Notes under the pieces: generated by a model
The model's input: the letters and a program-made list of their open reading frames with translations, nothing else
Told to the model about the DNA's origin: nothing
Database searches by the model: none
Shown here: in pieces, positions 24,616 to 32,000 of the stretch
How the letters are laid out: every line of letters begins with the position of its first letter
How positions within the stretch are numbered: position 1 is the stretch's first letter
Position numbers and translations under genes: made by a program
Source of the DNA: Candidatus Methylomirabilis oxygeniifera
GTDB lineage: Bacteria; Methylomirabilota; Methylomirabilia; Methylomirabilales; Methylomirabilaceae
Length of the DNA stretch: 32,000 nucleotides
NCBI GenBank assembly: GCA_000091165.1
Contig: FP565575.1
Span: forward strand, 2,670,001-2,702,000
Direction of reading: 5' to 3'

Positions 24616-24722
24616 GCAGCACAAGCCTCCACCGCTCATCATGCGCCACCTTCCCGGAGAAAGGGATCGTCAGATCGAGGTGCGGAGCGCTACATATTTG
24701 CATCGAATCCCCGACGGGTCAC
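24616..24722 (+). repeat. C repeat, copy 2, ending in a tRNA-Lys 3'-end-like core
   Basis: See copy 1. Core TCGAATCCCCGACGGGTCAC at 24703-24722. Weaker similarity extends left into the last codons of the toxin gene (GAGAAGTTGCTT vs GAAGTTCTTC). Confidence 0.7.
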
Positions 24723-24735
24723 TATTCTCGGAGGA

Positions 24736-25248
24736 CTATTCCGTTGCCCCGGCTTCCTTGAGGAGTCGTACGACCTCGTCCTCGCTCCTATTAAACGCTA
24801 TCTTCATGGCCGTGACGCCATTGTTGGTTTTGGCGTGCACATCCGCACCCGCTGCGAGCAGCGCTTTCACGACCTCGCACTGGCCTTCCTGAGACGCCCA
24901 CAGCAAGGCCGTTGCGCCATTGTCCTGTCTGGCGTTCACATCCACGCCCTGGGCGAGCAGCGCCTGTACGACCTCGAGATGGCCGGCTAGGGACGCTCTC
25001 ATCAAGGCCGTCCAGCCTGCATCGGATTTGACGTGTACCCACGCGCCCGCCGCAATCAGCGCCTGTACGACCTCGAGATGGCCTCTGAGGGACGCTCTCA
25101 TCAAGGCCGTCCAGCCATATTCATCTCTGGCGTTCACATTCGCGCCCGCCGCAATCAGCGCGTGCACGGCCTTGGGAGAGCCGTCCTGAGCCGCTCTCAT
25201 CAAGGCTGTCATACCGTGTTTACCTGCGGCGTTCACATCGTCGCTCAT
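24736..25248 (-). CDS. Ankyrin-repeat protein (about 5 repeats)
   Basis: Repeats G-TALM-A---GH-EVV-ALIAAGA-VN. ATG 25248 preceded by AAGGAGGAG at 5-nt spacing, 20 nt after the queC stop. Confidence 0.85.
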   Translation of the reverse strand: MSDDVNAAGKHGMTALMRAAQDGSPKAVHALIAAGANVNARDEYGWTALMRASLRGHLEVVQALIAAGAWVHVKSDAGWTALMRASLAGHLEVVQALLAQGVDVNARQDNGATALLWASQEGQCEVVKALLAAGADVHAKTNNGVTAMKIAFNRSEDEVVRLLKEAGATE

Positions 25249-25268
25249 GTTCGCTCCTCCTTCATCGA

Positions 25269-26012
25269 TCACAGGTGTGCCGGCTTATCTTCGTCCTTCG
25301 CCTCTCCAAGGCCGGGGTCCGCGATGCCGGCTTCGGCGAAGCCTTTCTCCCTCAGTATACAACTGTCGCAGGCGCGGCAGGGCCGTCCATCCTGGGTCGG
25401 GTCGTAACAGCTCCAGGTCAGCCGGAAATCGATCCCGAGGGCAGCGCCCCGGCGTATGATCTCGGCCTTGGACAGGTGGATCAGCGGAGTGTAAATGGTG
25501 AGCGTGGATCGGCCTTCAGCGCCGGCGCGGGTTGCCAGATTCGCCATACGCTCGAAGGCCGCGATATATTCAGGACGACAATCCGGATACCCGCTGTAGT
25601 CGATTGCGTTGACCCCGAGCACAATATCTTCCGAGCCGATCACCTCGGCCCAGGCCAGCGCATAGGAGAGAAAGATGGTATTGCGGGCGGGAACGTATGT
25701 TACGGGGATACCGGAGCCGATCTCGTCCATCTCACGACCCTTCGGCACCGGGATCTCAGCGGTCAGCGCCGACCCTCCGATCCGGCGAAGATCAAGGTCG
25801 AGGATCAGGTGCTGCGATGCGCCGAGGGCCGCCGCGATCCGCGTCGCGCTTTCCACCTCGCGCGCGTGACGCTGGCCGTAGCGAAAGGTCAGGGCATGAA
25901 GCTGATACCCCTTGGCCTTTGCCAGCGCGGCTGCCGTTGCGGAGTCGATCCCGCCGCTCAGCAGGACCACTGCAGGCTTGCCTGCCTGTGCGCTGCGCGC
26001 AGACAGGTTCAC
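25269..26012 (-). CDS. queC: 7-cyano-7-deazaguanine synthase
   Basis: PP-loop [13 protein letters not shown] and C-terminal Zn cysteines [20 protein letters not shown] at 26012 overlaps the queE TAG by 1 nt. The track's longer ORF overlaps queE. Confidence 0.9.
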   Translation of the reverse strand: MNLSARSAQAGKPAVVLLSGGIDSATAAALAKAKGYQLHALTFRYGQRHAREVESATRIAAALGASQHLILDLDLRRIGGSALTAEIPVPKGREMDEIGSGIPVTYVPARNTIFLSYALAWAEVIGSEDIVLGVNAIDYSGYPDCRPEYIAAFERMANLATRAGAEGRSTLTIYTPLIHLSKAEIIRRGAALGIDFRLTWSCYDPTQDGRPCRACDSCILREKGFAEAGIADPGLGEAKDEDKPAHL

Positions 26013-26659
26013 TACACCCCCCGCCGGTTCGGATCCCACAGATACTTGTGAAGCTGAATCTGAAGCCTGACATTCAGTCGGTCCGTCAAGATCCATTCAG
26101 CCAGCTCCCTCGGATGGAGTTCGCCGAGAACCGGCGAGAAGAGGACGTGGGCCTTTTCAGCCAGGGCGTGCTCCGCCATCACTCGTCTGGCCCATTCGTA
26201 GTCGCGGCGATCCGCCACGACAAATTTGATCTGATCCTTCCTGTCGAGATGCCGGAGGTTCTCGAGATTGTTGTGAGGGTCCATCCCACTCCCAGGAGCC
26301 TTGAGGTCCAGGATCTTGACCACCCTCCGGTCGAGGCGATCGATGCTGAGGCTCCCCCCTGTTTCGATCAGGACTTCGTACCCCTCGAGGAGCAAGCGAT
26401 CAATCAGAGGATGCACCGCTTCCTGCAACAGCGGCTCCCCTCCGGTAATCTCGACCAGCGGGCACTTATAGCCTCGCACTTGTTCCAGTACCTGCTCGAT
26501 CGAGCGTTGCTCGCCCTCGTGGAACGCATAGGTCGTATCGCACCACCGGCACCGAAGATTACACCCGGTCAGGCGAACAAAGACGCACGGCCGACCGGCA
26601 TAGGTCGATTCTCCCTGGATACTGTAGAAGATTTCGTTTACGCGGAGGCTCATCATCAC
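26012..26659 (-). CDS. queE: 7-carboxy-7-deazaguanine synthase (radical SAM)
   Basis: [12 protein letters not shown]...[10 protein letters not shown] (Cx3Cx2C cluster). Start is GTG 26659 or ATG 26656/26653. Confidence 0.9.
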   Translation of the reverse strand: MMMSLRVNEIFYSIQGESTYAGRPCVFVRLTGCNLRCRWCDTTYAFHEGEQRSIEQVLEQVRGYKCPLVEITGGEPLLQEAVHPLIDRLLLEGYEVLIETGGSLSIDRLDRRVVKILDLKAPGSGMDPHNNLENLRHLDRKDQIKFVVADRRDYEWARRVMAEHALAEKAHVLFSPVLGELHPRELAEWILTDRLNVRLQIQLHKYLWDPNRRGV

Positions 26660-26675
26660 CTTGACTTCAGGATGT

Positions 26676-26721
26676 CATAAAAATAGAAGGGCAGGCTCTC
26701 CTCCCTGCGAAAGCCTGCCCT
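26676..26721 (-). terminator. Intrinsic terminator after htrA
   Basis: Perfect 10-bp stem AGGGCAGGCT (26688-26697) / AGCCTGCCCT (26712-26721), followed on the minus strand by TCTATTTTTAT. Confidence 0.55.
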
Positions 26722-26771
26722 GAGCGACGTCGAAGGGCCTGCCTACCAGATAGCACAGAAGCCCGGTACGC

Positions 26772-28256
26772 CTACCCTTCCGACCCGATTACCACATACC
26801 GCGTTCCACCGTCCCGCTTGACCAGAAGAAGTGTCGGTTCATCCGGCTTGGTTTTCTCCAGGACACGCCTGACCTGGTTTACTGTTGTCACCCTGACACG
26901 GTTAATCTCCAGGATCAGATCCCCGGGTTGCAACCCGACCGAGTCGCCCGGACTATCCGGTTCAACCTCTGTGATCACGACCCCTTTTTCACCCTTTAAT
27001 CCAAACTTACGTGCGAGTGCCGGCGTGAGCTCCTGAATATCGATCCCCAGCTTCGTTTTCGGAGAAGTCGCCGCCATGGCCGCCACTTGCTCTTCTTTAA
27101 GCTCCCCAACCTTGACCTGCAGCGTGACGTCGGCTCCGTCGCGGACAACCTTCATGGGGACCTCTTTTCCTACCGGCGTACTGGCCACCATATGAGGCAG
27201 ATCAGTGGAGGACTTGATCGTTTTACCGTCAAACTCGACGATGACGTCCCCCTGTTTGACTCCAGCCTGTTCGGCCGGCGATCCCTCCATCACATCCGAC
27301 ACCAGGGCGCCATTGGCCTGCTTGAGGGAGAATTTCTTACCGAGGTCCGGGGTAATCGGCTGGATCGCTACTCCAAGCCATCCGCGGGTCACCTGCCCAC
27401 GCTCCTTCAACTGGGGTAGGACCTCCTTCGCCATCTCGATGGGAATCGCAAAGCCGATCCCGATCGAGCCGCCCGTTGGGCTGAAGATCGCGGTGTTGAT
27501 TCCCACCGCCTCGCCGTTCGTGTTGATCAGCGGTCCGCCGCTATTGCCTCGATTAATCGAGGCATCGGTCTGGATGAAGTTGTCATATGGGCCTTCGCCG
27601 ATGAACCGGCCCTTGGCGCTGACGATGCCGGTGGTGACGGTCTGGTTCAGGCCGAATGGATTGCCGATTGCCATGACCGGCTCGCCGACTTCCAGCCTAT
27701 CCGAGTTGCCAAACGGGATCACCGGTAAGCCGGAGGCCTCGATTTTGATGATGGCGATATCAGTCTTCGGATCCCTCCCGATCACCTTCGCCTTGAACTC
27801 TCGACTATCACCCAGCTTGACGGTGATGTCCGTCGCATTTTCGACCACGTGGTTATTCGTCAGGATGTAGCCGTCTTTGTTGACAATGAAGCCGGATCCC
27901 AGACTGGTCGCCTTAAACTGCCTCGGCTGATCGCCGAAGAACCGTTTGAAGAACTCGTTGAAAGGGTCATCTTCGCTGTAAGGGCCACGGGACTGGACGC
28001 CCCTTTTGACTACCTGGGTAGTGCTGATATTCACCACAGCGGGGGTCAACTCCTTTGCCAGTTTGACCCAGAGCTTTCCGTCTGAGATCTGGCTCGAACT
28101 GAACAGCCCGCTCTCTCCTTTTTCGGTCCACACTTGAGCAGTCGTGGCCTTTGTGAGCGGGACCAGATTCAAGGAGGCCGTAATCAGCACTCCAAGAATC
28201 AAACAGGACGCTGCAACGACGATTAAGGTCCTGGTGTGAAACCGTCCATTATGCAT
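26772..28256 (-). CDS. htrA: DegP/HtrA-family periplasmic serine protease with two PDZ domains
   Basis: Triad contexts TNNHVV, DIAIIK, GNSGGPL. N-terminal TM/signal segment. Two PDZ-like segments (GSPAEQAGVKQGDVIV and DSPGDSVGLQPGDLIL). Confidence 0.9.
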   Translation of the reverse strand: MHNGRFHTRTLIVVAASCLILGVLITASLNLVPLTKATTAQVWTEKGESGLFSSSQISDGKLWVKLAKELTPAVVNISTTQVVKRGVQSRGPYSEDDPFNEFFKRFFGDQPRQFKATSLGSGFIVNKDGYILTNNHVVENATDITVKLGDSREFKAKVIGRDPKTDIAIIKIEASGLPVIPFGNSDRLEVGEPVMAIGNPFGLNQTVTTGIVSAKGRFIGEGPYDNFIQTDASINRGNSGGPLINTNGEAVGINTAIFSPTGGSIGIGFAIPIEMAKEVLPQLKERGQVTRGWLGVAIQPITPDLGKKFSLKQANGALVSDVMEGSPAEQAGVKQGDVIVEFDGKTIKSSTDLPHMVASTPVGKEVPMKVVRDGADVTLQVKVGELKEEQVAAMAATSPKTKLGIDIQELTPALARKFGLKGEKGVVITEVEPDSPGDSVGLQPGDLILEINRVRVTTVNQVRRVLEKTKPDEPTLLLVKRDGGTRYVVIGSEG

Positions 28257-28675
28257 CGTATCCCCCTGCGATGGTGTGGCCTGACTCCGTTTCCGGTCGG
28301 CAAACCCAGATATGCACCTTTATTACGACACGGTAAATGCGGGAGCGTTTAGGAGAACCTTCCCGGGGTTGACCACAACGCCCCCGCCTTTATTGCTCCT
28401 AGCTTAGCAGACTCATTGCTCAAATTCAACAGACCCCTCTGTACCGAAAGTGGAGTGATCATACATGGGTAACGCTCACTGGTACGGCAAAGATATGATC
28501 GACCGGAAACCATGGACGGCAAATCATGTATCACGGGACGACCGGGTAGTATATTAATAGTAGGGTCTTCGATGGCGAAGACCCGATCAACACCAAAGGG
28601 AGCATGCCCCCGCGTGCTGCAGGTACCGATGACGGTAAGGCGGCAATGGGTACAACGTAGACGGGAGGGTAAAAA

Positions 28676-29644
28676 GTGGGGCGGATCCGTAGTCTTCTCC
28701 TGCTCCTGGGTCTCGTGCTCTTGGGGGTGCTCCTCGTCAGGATTGACTTGCGCCCGGTCCTCTATCAGGTGCGATCTCTCTCATGGGGATTGTTGCTCCT
28801 TCTTTTCCCGTGTGGGCTTACCGTGATTCTGGATACCTTCGGATGGCGATACGCCTTTCGAGGACGCCTTCTACCCGCTTCTACTCTTTTACCTGTTCGC
28901 CTGGCGGGTAAAGCTTTCAATATGACAAGTCTCACCGCCACTCTGGGGGGTGAGCCGGTCAAGGTCTATCTCCTCCGCGCGTGGGTATCCGTAGAAGAAG
29001 GTGTAGCCTCGGTGGTCATCGATAAGACGACGTCGCTTCTGGCCCAGGTATGCGTGCTCCTGCTTGGCCTCGTTTTCTCCCCTCTGCTCTTACCGGCAGG
29101 ATCTCCCTTTCTGAATGGAATGGTGGGCCTGGCGCTGCTGGGGGTGTTGGCGACCGGAGGATTTATCATGGCGCAGCGACGCGGGCTCTGCAGTCGATCC
29201 CTGATGATGCTCAATCGCCTGGGCCTTACGTGGCATCGGGGGGTCGAGGCCGCTCAGGGACTGGATGACGCCATTGCCGCGTTCTACTCGATCCACCGCC
29301 CGCGCCTCATCCTGTCGTATCTCTTTCACCTGATGGCGTCTCTGGTCGGGATCCTGGAGGTCTACCTGATCCTCTGGCTGCTCGGACTTCCGATCTCCTT
29401 GACGACAGCCCTGATGATCGAGGCCTTCAGCTCGGCCATCAGGGCCGCCGGTTTCCTGGTCCCTGGCGCCATCGGCGTGGAGGAGGGCGGCAATGTGGCC
29501 GTCTTCCTGGCCTTGGGGTTAACGGCGGAGGTAGCGCTTTCTTTCAGTGTTATCCGCCGGATACGAGAGCTGGTCGTGATAGTCGCCGGCTTGGCGGCCT
29601 TGGCGGTTGTTCGAAGGGGCCGCCCCATTCCGCATCCGGGGTGA
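28676..29644 (+). CDS. Flippase-like / LPG-synthase-TM (UPF0104) family membrane protein
   Basis: GTG start with GGGAGGG upstream. Multi-TM protein. GWRYAF...LAGKAFNMTSLTATLGGEPVKVYLL resembles the family signature. Confidence 0.7.
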   Translation: MGRIRSLLLLLGLVLLGVLLVRIDLRPVLYQVRSLSWGLLLLLFPCGLTVILDTFGWRYAFRGRLLPASTLLPVRLAGKAFNMTSLTATLGGEPVKVYLLRAWVSVEEGVASVVIDKTTSLLAQVCVLLLGLVFSPLLLPAGSPFLNGMVGLALLGVLATGGFIMAQRRGLCSRSLMMLNRLGLTWHRGVEAAQGLDDAIAAFYSIHRPRLILSYLFHLMASLVGILEVYLILWLLGLPISLTTALMIEAFSSAIRAAGFLVPGAIGVEEGGNVAVFLALGLTAEVALSFSVIRRIRELVVIVAGLAALAVVRRGRPIPHPG

Positions 29645-29820
29645 TCAGGTTCGGGCGTTATGTCAACGTCAGAGGATCTCAACGGTCGAAGAATCCTTCT
29701 ACCGGTGTTGCCCTGCAAATCACCGCGAGCGGCCGAGGACGGCTTGACGCAGCTTCTCACCTGGCCTACACTTCACCTGAACCCCGTATTGTTTCTTTGT
29801 CGACAAGGAGGAAGGAACCT

Positions 29821-30561
29821 ATGAAGAGACGGTCACGCTGGATCCAAAGCCTGTCTTTTACCGTTCTTCTTCTCGCCTTTGTAGGTGATCCCCTGAACGC
29901 CGAGGAGATTCGCAACGATCCGGAGGCCCGTACCCTGCTGGAGGAGGCCCGCGGGCGCGTTGTCGTGTGGGACCGCTTCCCGGGCTTTGAGGCGACACTC
30001 GAGGTAGACCATGATGGAAAAAGATCGGGCGGCGAGCTGACGGTCCTGCCTTCCGGAAAGGTGGAGGTTACGCTTCAAGACCGCGAGGCGCAAGAGTGGG
30101 TCGGGGGGATCCTGAAGTCGCTCGTTAACCATCGACTGAAAACGGACACACACAAGCACGAGGAGGCGCCGATTGCCTTCGGTTCTGAGGATCGGCATCC
30201 GTTGGGACGCCTGGTGAAGAAAGGCGACCGCTTCTCATCGACGTACCGCATCAAGGATCGACAGATTCTCCAGGTCAACCAGAAAACCGAAAAAGGATGG
30301 TTGAGCCTGAACGTCTTAGAGTACGTCCAGACGCTTCATGGCTTCTTGCCCAGGCAGGTGGCTGTCTTTCAGTTCGACGAAAAGGGTGCGCTCGAGAAAA
30401 GCACCGTCTTTACTGATGAGTATATCGAGGTAGAAAAGTTCTGGCTTCCTAAGTCCCGCGTGATCTTCGTCGCCCACGGGGCGAAGATCGAGGTCTCGAA
30501 GATTTACTTCCAAAAGCACCGCCCGCTTCCGAAAGAAGCGGCTAAGGTCCCCGCTTCCTGA
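29821..30561 (+). CDS. Hypothetical secreted protein
   Basis: ORF 29641..30561. ATG 29821 preceded by AAGGAGGAAGG. Signal peptide MKRRSRWIQSLSFTVLLLAFVGDPLNA. No family recognised. Confidence 0.6.
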   Translation: MKRRSRWIQSLSFTVLLLAFVGDPLNAEEIRNDPEARTLLEEARGRVVVWDRFPGFEATLEVDHDGKRSGGELTVLPSGKVEVTLQDREAQEWVGGILKSLVNHRLKTDTHKHEEAPIAFGSEDRHPLGRLVKKGDRFSSTYRIKDRQILQVNQKTEKGWLSLNVLEYVQTLHGFLPRQVAVFQFDEKGALEKSTVFTDEYIEVEKFWLPKSRVIFVAHGAKIEVSKIYFQKHRPLPKEAAKVPAS

Positions 30562-30573
30562 TCCCGGGCGTCG

Positions 30574-31380
30574 TTAATGCCCCTTTTCAGCGACGAGCAT
30601 GAGCGCCGCAAGGTTCCGGTCGTACTGACGGAATACGCGCCGCATTGCGTGTATCCGCTGGCGCGCCGCCGGATTTCGCAGAACATTCCAGGCGATTCGC
30701 GCCATCCCCGCCAGCCCTTCATTCCGGATCATCTGAGACGGTTCGAGCAGGTGCATCGGAGTAGTGGCCTGCGCCTTGATCATGAACCCTTCGCCTTGCA
30801 GCAGCGCCTTCCATTCCGACACGGTCATCGGACGCACCCCCACATGAATGGACTGCGAGAGTGCGCGGTTGATGGCGTCTCTGGTCGCGCTGTCGATATC
30901 GTCGGGAGCTAAAGCCAGTTCATGAATGCCGCAACGGCCGCCTGACGCCAGTACACGCTTGGCCTCCTGAATAATCCTGGCCTTGTTCTCCGGTGTCTTC
31001 ATACTCAACATCGCTTCGCAGTACACCACCGTGGCGCTACTGTCCGGTAAACCTGAGTGTTCCGCCTGGCCGACAACACACCGCTGATTATCGCCTTTCA
31101 GATAGCCCTGTACTCGTTTTGCGGCGGCATCGTCAGCTTCTACCGCGGTGTAGACGGACGGGGATTTCGCCAGCACCAGTTGCGCCGTCACACCCAGCCC
31201 TGGCGCAAATTCGACCACCCTGTCCGTTGGGCCGATCGTGAGTGCGTCCAGCATCCGGCGGGTTAATTCAAGGCCGCCGGGACGCAACACCCGTTTTCCC
31301 ATCTGTGCCAGCAGCCAGTGCCCCGGCATCTTCTCAACGTGCAGTCCGTGTCCCGGCAGGATCTCCTCGTGTTCACTCAT
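30574..31380 (-). CDS. Class I SAM-dependent methyltransferase
   Basis: Motif I VVEFAPGLGVTA. Start taken at ATG 31380 (MSEHEEIL); the track's start at 31434 is possible. Confidence 0.8.
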   Translation of the reverse strand: MSEHEEILPGHGLHVEKMPGHWLLAQMGKRVLRPGGLELTRRMLDALTIGPTDRVVEFAPGLGVTAQLVLAKSPSVYTAVEADDAAAKRVQGYLKGDNQRCVVGQAEHSGLPDSSATVVYCEAMLSMKTPENKARIIQEAKRVLASGGRCGIHELALAPDDIDSATRDAINRALSQSIHVGVRPMTVSEWKALLQGEGFMIKAQATTPMHLLEPSQMIRNEGLAGMARIAWNVLRNPAARQRIHAMRRVFRQYDRNLAALMLVAEKGH

Positions 31381-31595
31381 GAGCTTTTCCGCTTTTCCTC
31401 TCGAATGGTTAGCCAGCAACCAGGAGTCACACACCCACAGTGGCTCATCGATGATCGGTTGCCTGGTTCATCTTTGTGAACAAGTCACAACTACTATTGT
31501 AGATCGTAGTCTCATAGTAGGGCAATCATATGCAAAGCGCAAGATACCTGGGAAGCGGTTGCGGCGTACGTACTCTGAGATCGCGCGGGGACCGC

Positions 31596-32000
31596 TCAAC
31601 TCGTGAACTGAAGCCGCGACAGGAGGGCATAGAGGGCAAAGTTGTAAGGCGCGTGAAGACCGTATTCGGCTGCTTTTTTTATGATAACGCCATTCAAGGC
31701 GTCATGCTCCAACGGTTTCCCCGCCTCATGGTCCTGACGCATTGATGTCTTCACGCCGTAGTGCCGGGAGAACTTGACGTTTCGTTCCCACACCTCTTCA
31801 CAAGCAAGGCTGACCCCTGACGCGTTCGCCACAGCGACAACCTCCGCCGTCACCAGCTTCGCCAGCTCAAGGGTGTGGGGATTCTCGAGAATGACCTTGA
31901 CGGGACCGCCGACCAGTGTATTGATCGCGTTAAAAGGGGCGTTCCAGGCGAGCTTCGTCCAGAGGACCGCCTGTATATTGGACGATATTTCAGCCGGAAG
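31596..32000 (-). CDS. panE: 2-dehydropantoate 2-reductase (PanE/ApbA), 5'-truncated by the window edge
   Basis: C-terminal domain TSMRQDHEAGKPLEHDALNGVIIKKAAEYG. The frame stays open to position 32000 (LWTKLAWNAPFNAINTL). Confidence 0.8.
   Translation of the reverse strand, partial: LPAEISSNIQAVLWTKLAWNAPFNAINTLVGGPVKVILENPHTLELAKLVTAEVVAVANASGVSLACEEVWERNVKFSRHYGVKTSMRQDHEAGKPLEHDALNGVIIKKAAEYGLHAPYNFALYALLSRLQFTS

Larger units (their letters stand above)
18367..24722. mobile_element. Degenerate tRNA-Lys-associated accessory island (two segments delimited by diverged copies of the tRNA 3' end)
   Basis: tRNA 3' end TCGAGTCCCGAACGGGTCACCA (18345-18366) recurs at 19770-19791 (20/22) and 24703-24722 plus 2 nt (18/22). 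Accessory-type gene content; no intact integrase. Confidence 0.5.

Noticed and set aside
24800-25230. About 99-bp periodic DNA repeats (e.g. GCGCTCTCATCAAGGCCGTCCAGCC recurring) that could look like a tandem-repeat or CRISPR-like array.
   Set aside because: The period equals the 33-aa ankyrin repeat of the minus-strand CDS. There is no spacer/repeat alternation and no cas genes.
1-32000. Search by eye for CRISPR arrays, rRNA, tmRNA, RNase P or SRP RNA signatures, and intact IS or transposase genes.
   Set aside because: No regularly spaced direct repeats with unique spacers, no recognisable conserved RNA boxes, and no DDE or tyrosine/serine recombinase-length ORFs were found. Absence by eye is not proof; covariance-model scans are needed.

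Overview
High-GC bacterial chromosomal window (composition judged by eye, taxonomy not assignable from sequence alone). 2.0-8.4 kb, minus strand, holds the conserved ffh-rpsP-KH-rimM-trmD-rplS-rnhB-yraN-comM cluster. 9.6-12.0 kb is a toxin-antitoxin patch in visible decay: an orphan HigA-like antitoxin, an intact ParE pair, and a BrnT/BrnA pair with four frameshifts. 12.2-18.4 kb, plus strand, carries an FmdB-type zinc ribbon, a class-V aminotransferase, serA, hisZ, purA and tRNA-Lys(UUU), with 7-nt-periodic CAGC/GCTG repeats in the spacers. Directly 3' of the tRNA, a ~6.4 kb accessory segment (18367-24722) is bracketed by two further diverged copies of the tRNA 3' end. It contains dusB, a 751-aa secreted S1 peptidase with Ig-like repeats, an FRG-domain protein and a RelE/ParE pair. 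Inside it, two modules share homologous left (R) and right (C) ends. One is 379 bp and empty; the other is 2.1 kb and carries FRG + an overlapping 40-aa ORF + the TA pair. This recombinase-less cargo module with a tRNA-like end, possibly a defence cassette, is the most interesting candidate here. The right part holds an ankyrin gene appended to queE-queC, then htrA, a flippase-like membrane protein, a secreted protein, a methyltransferase and a partial panE. No rRNA, CRISPR array, or intact integrase or transposase was seen. All homology calls come from motif recognition by eye; no searches were run.
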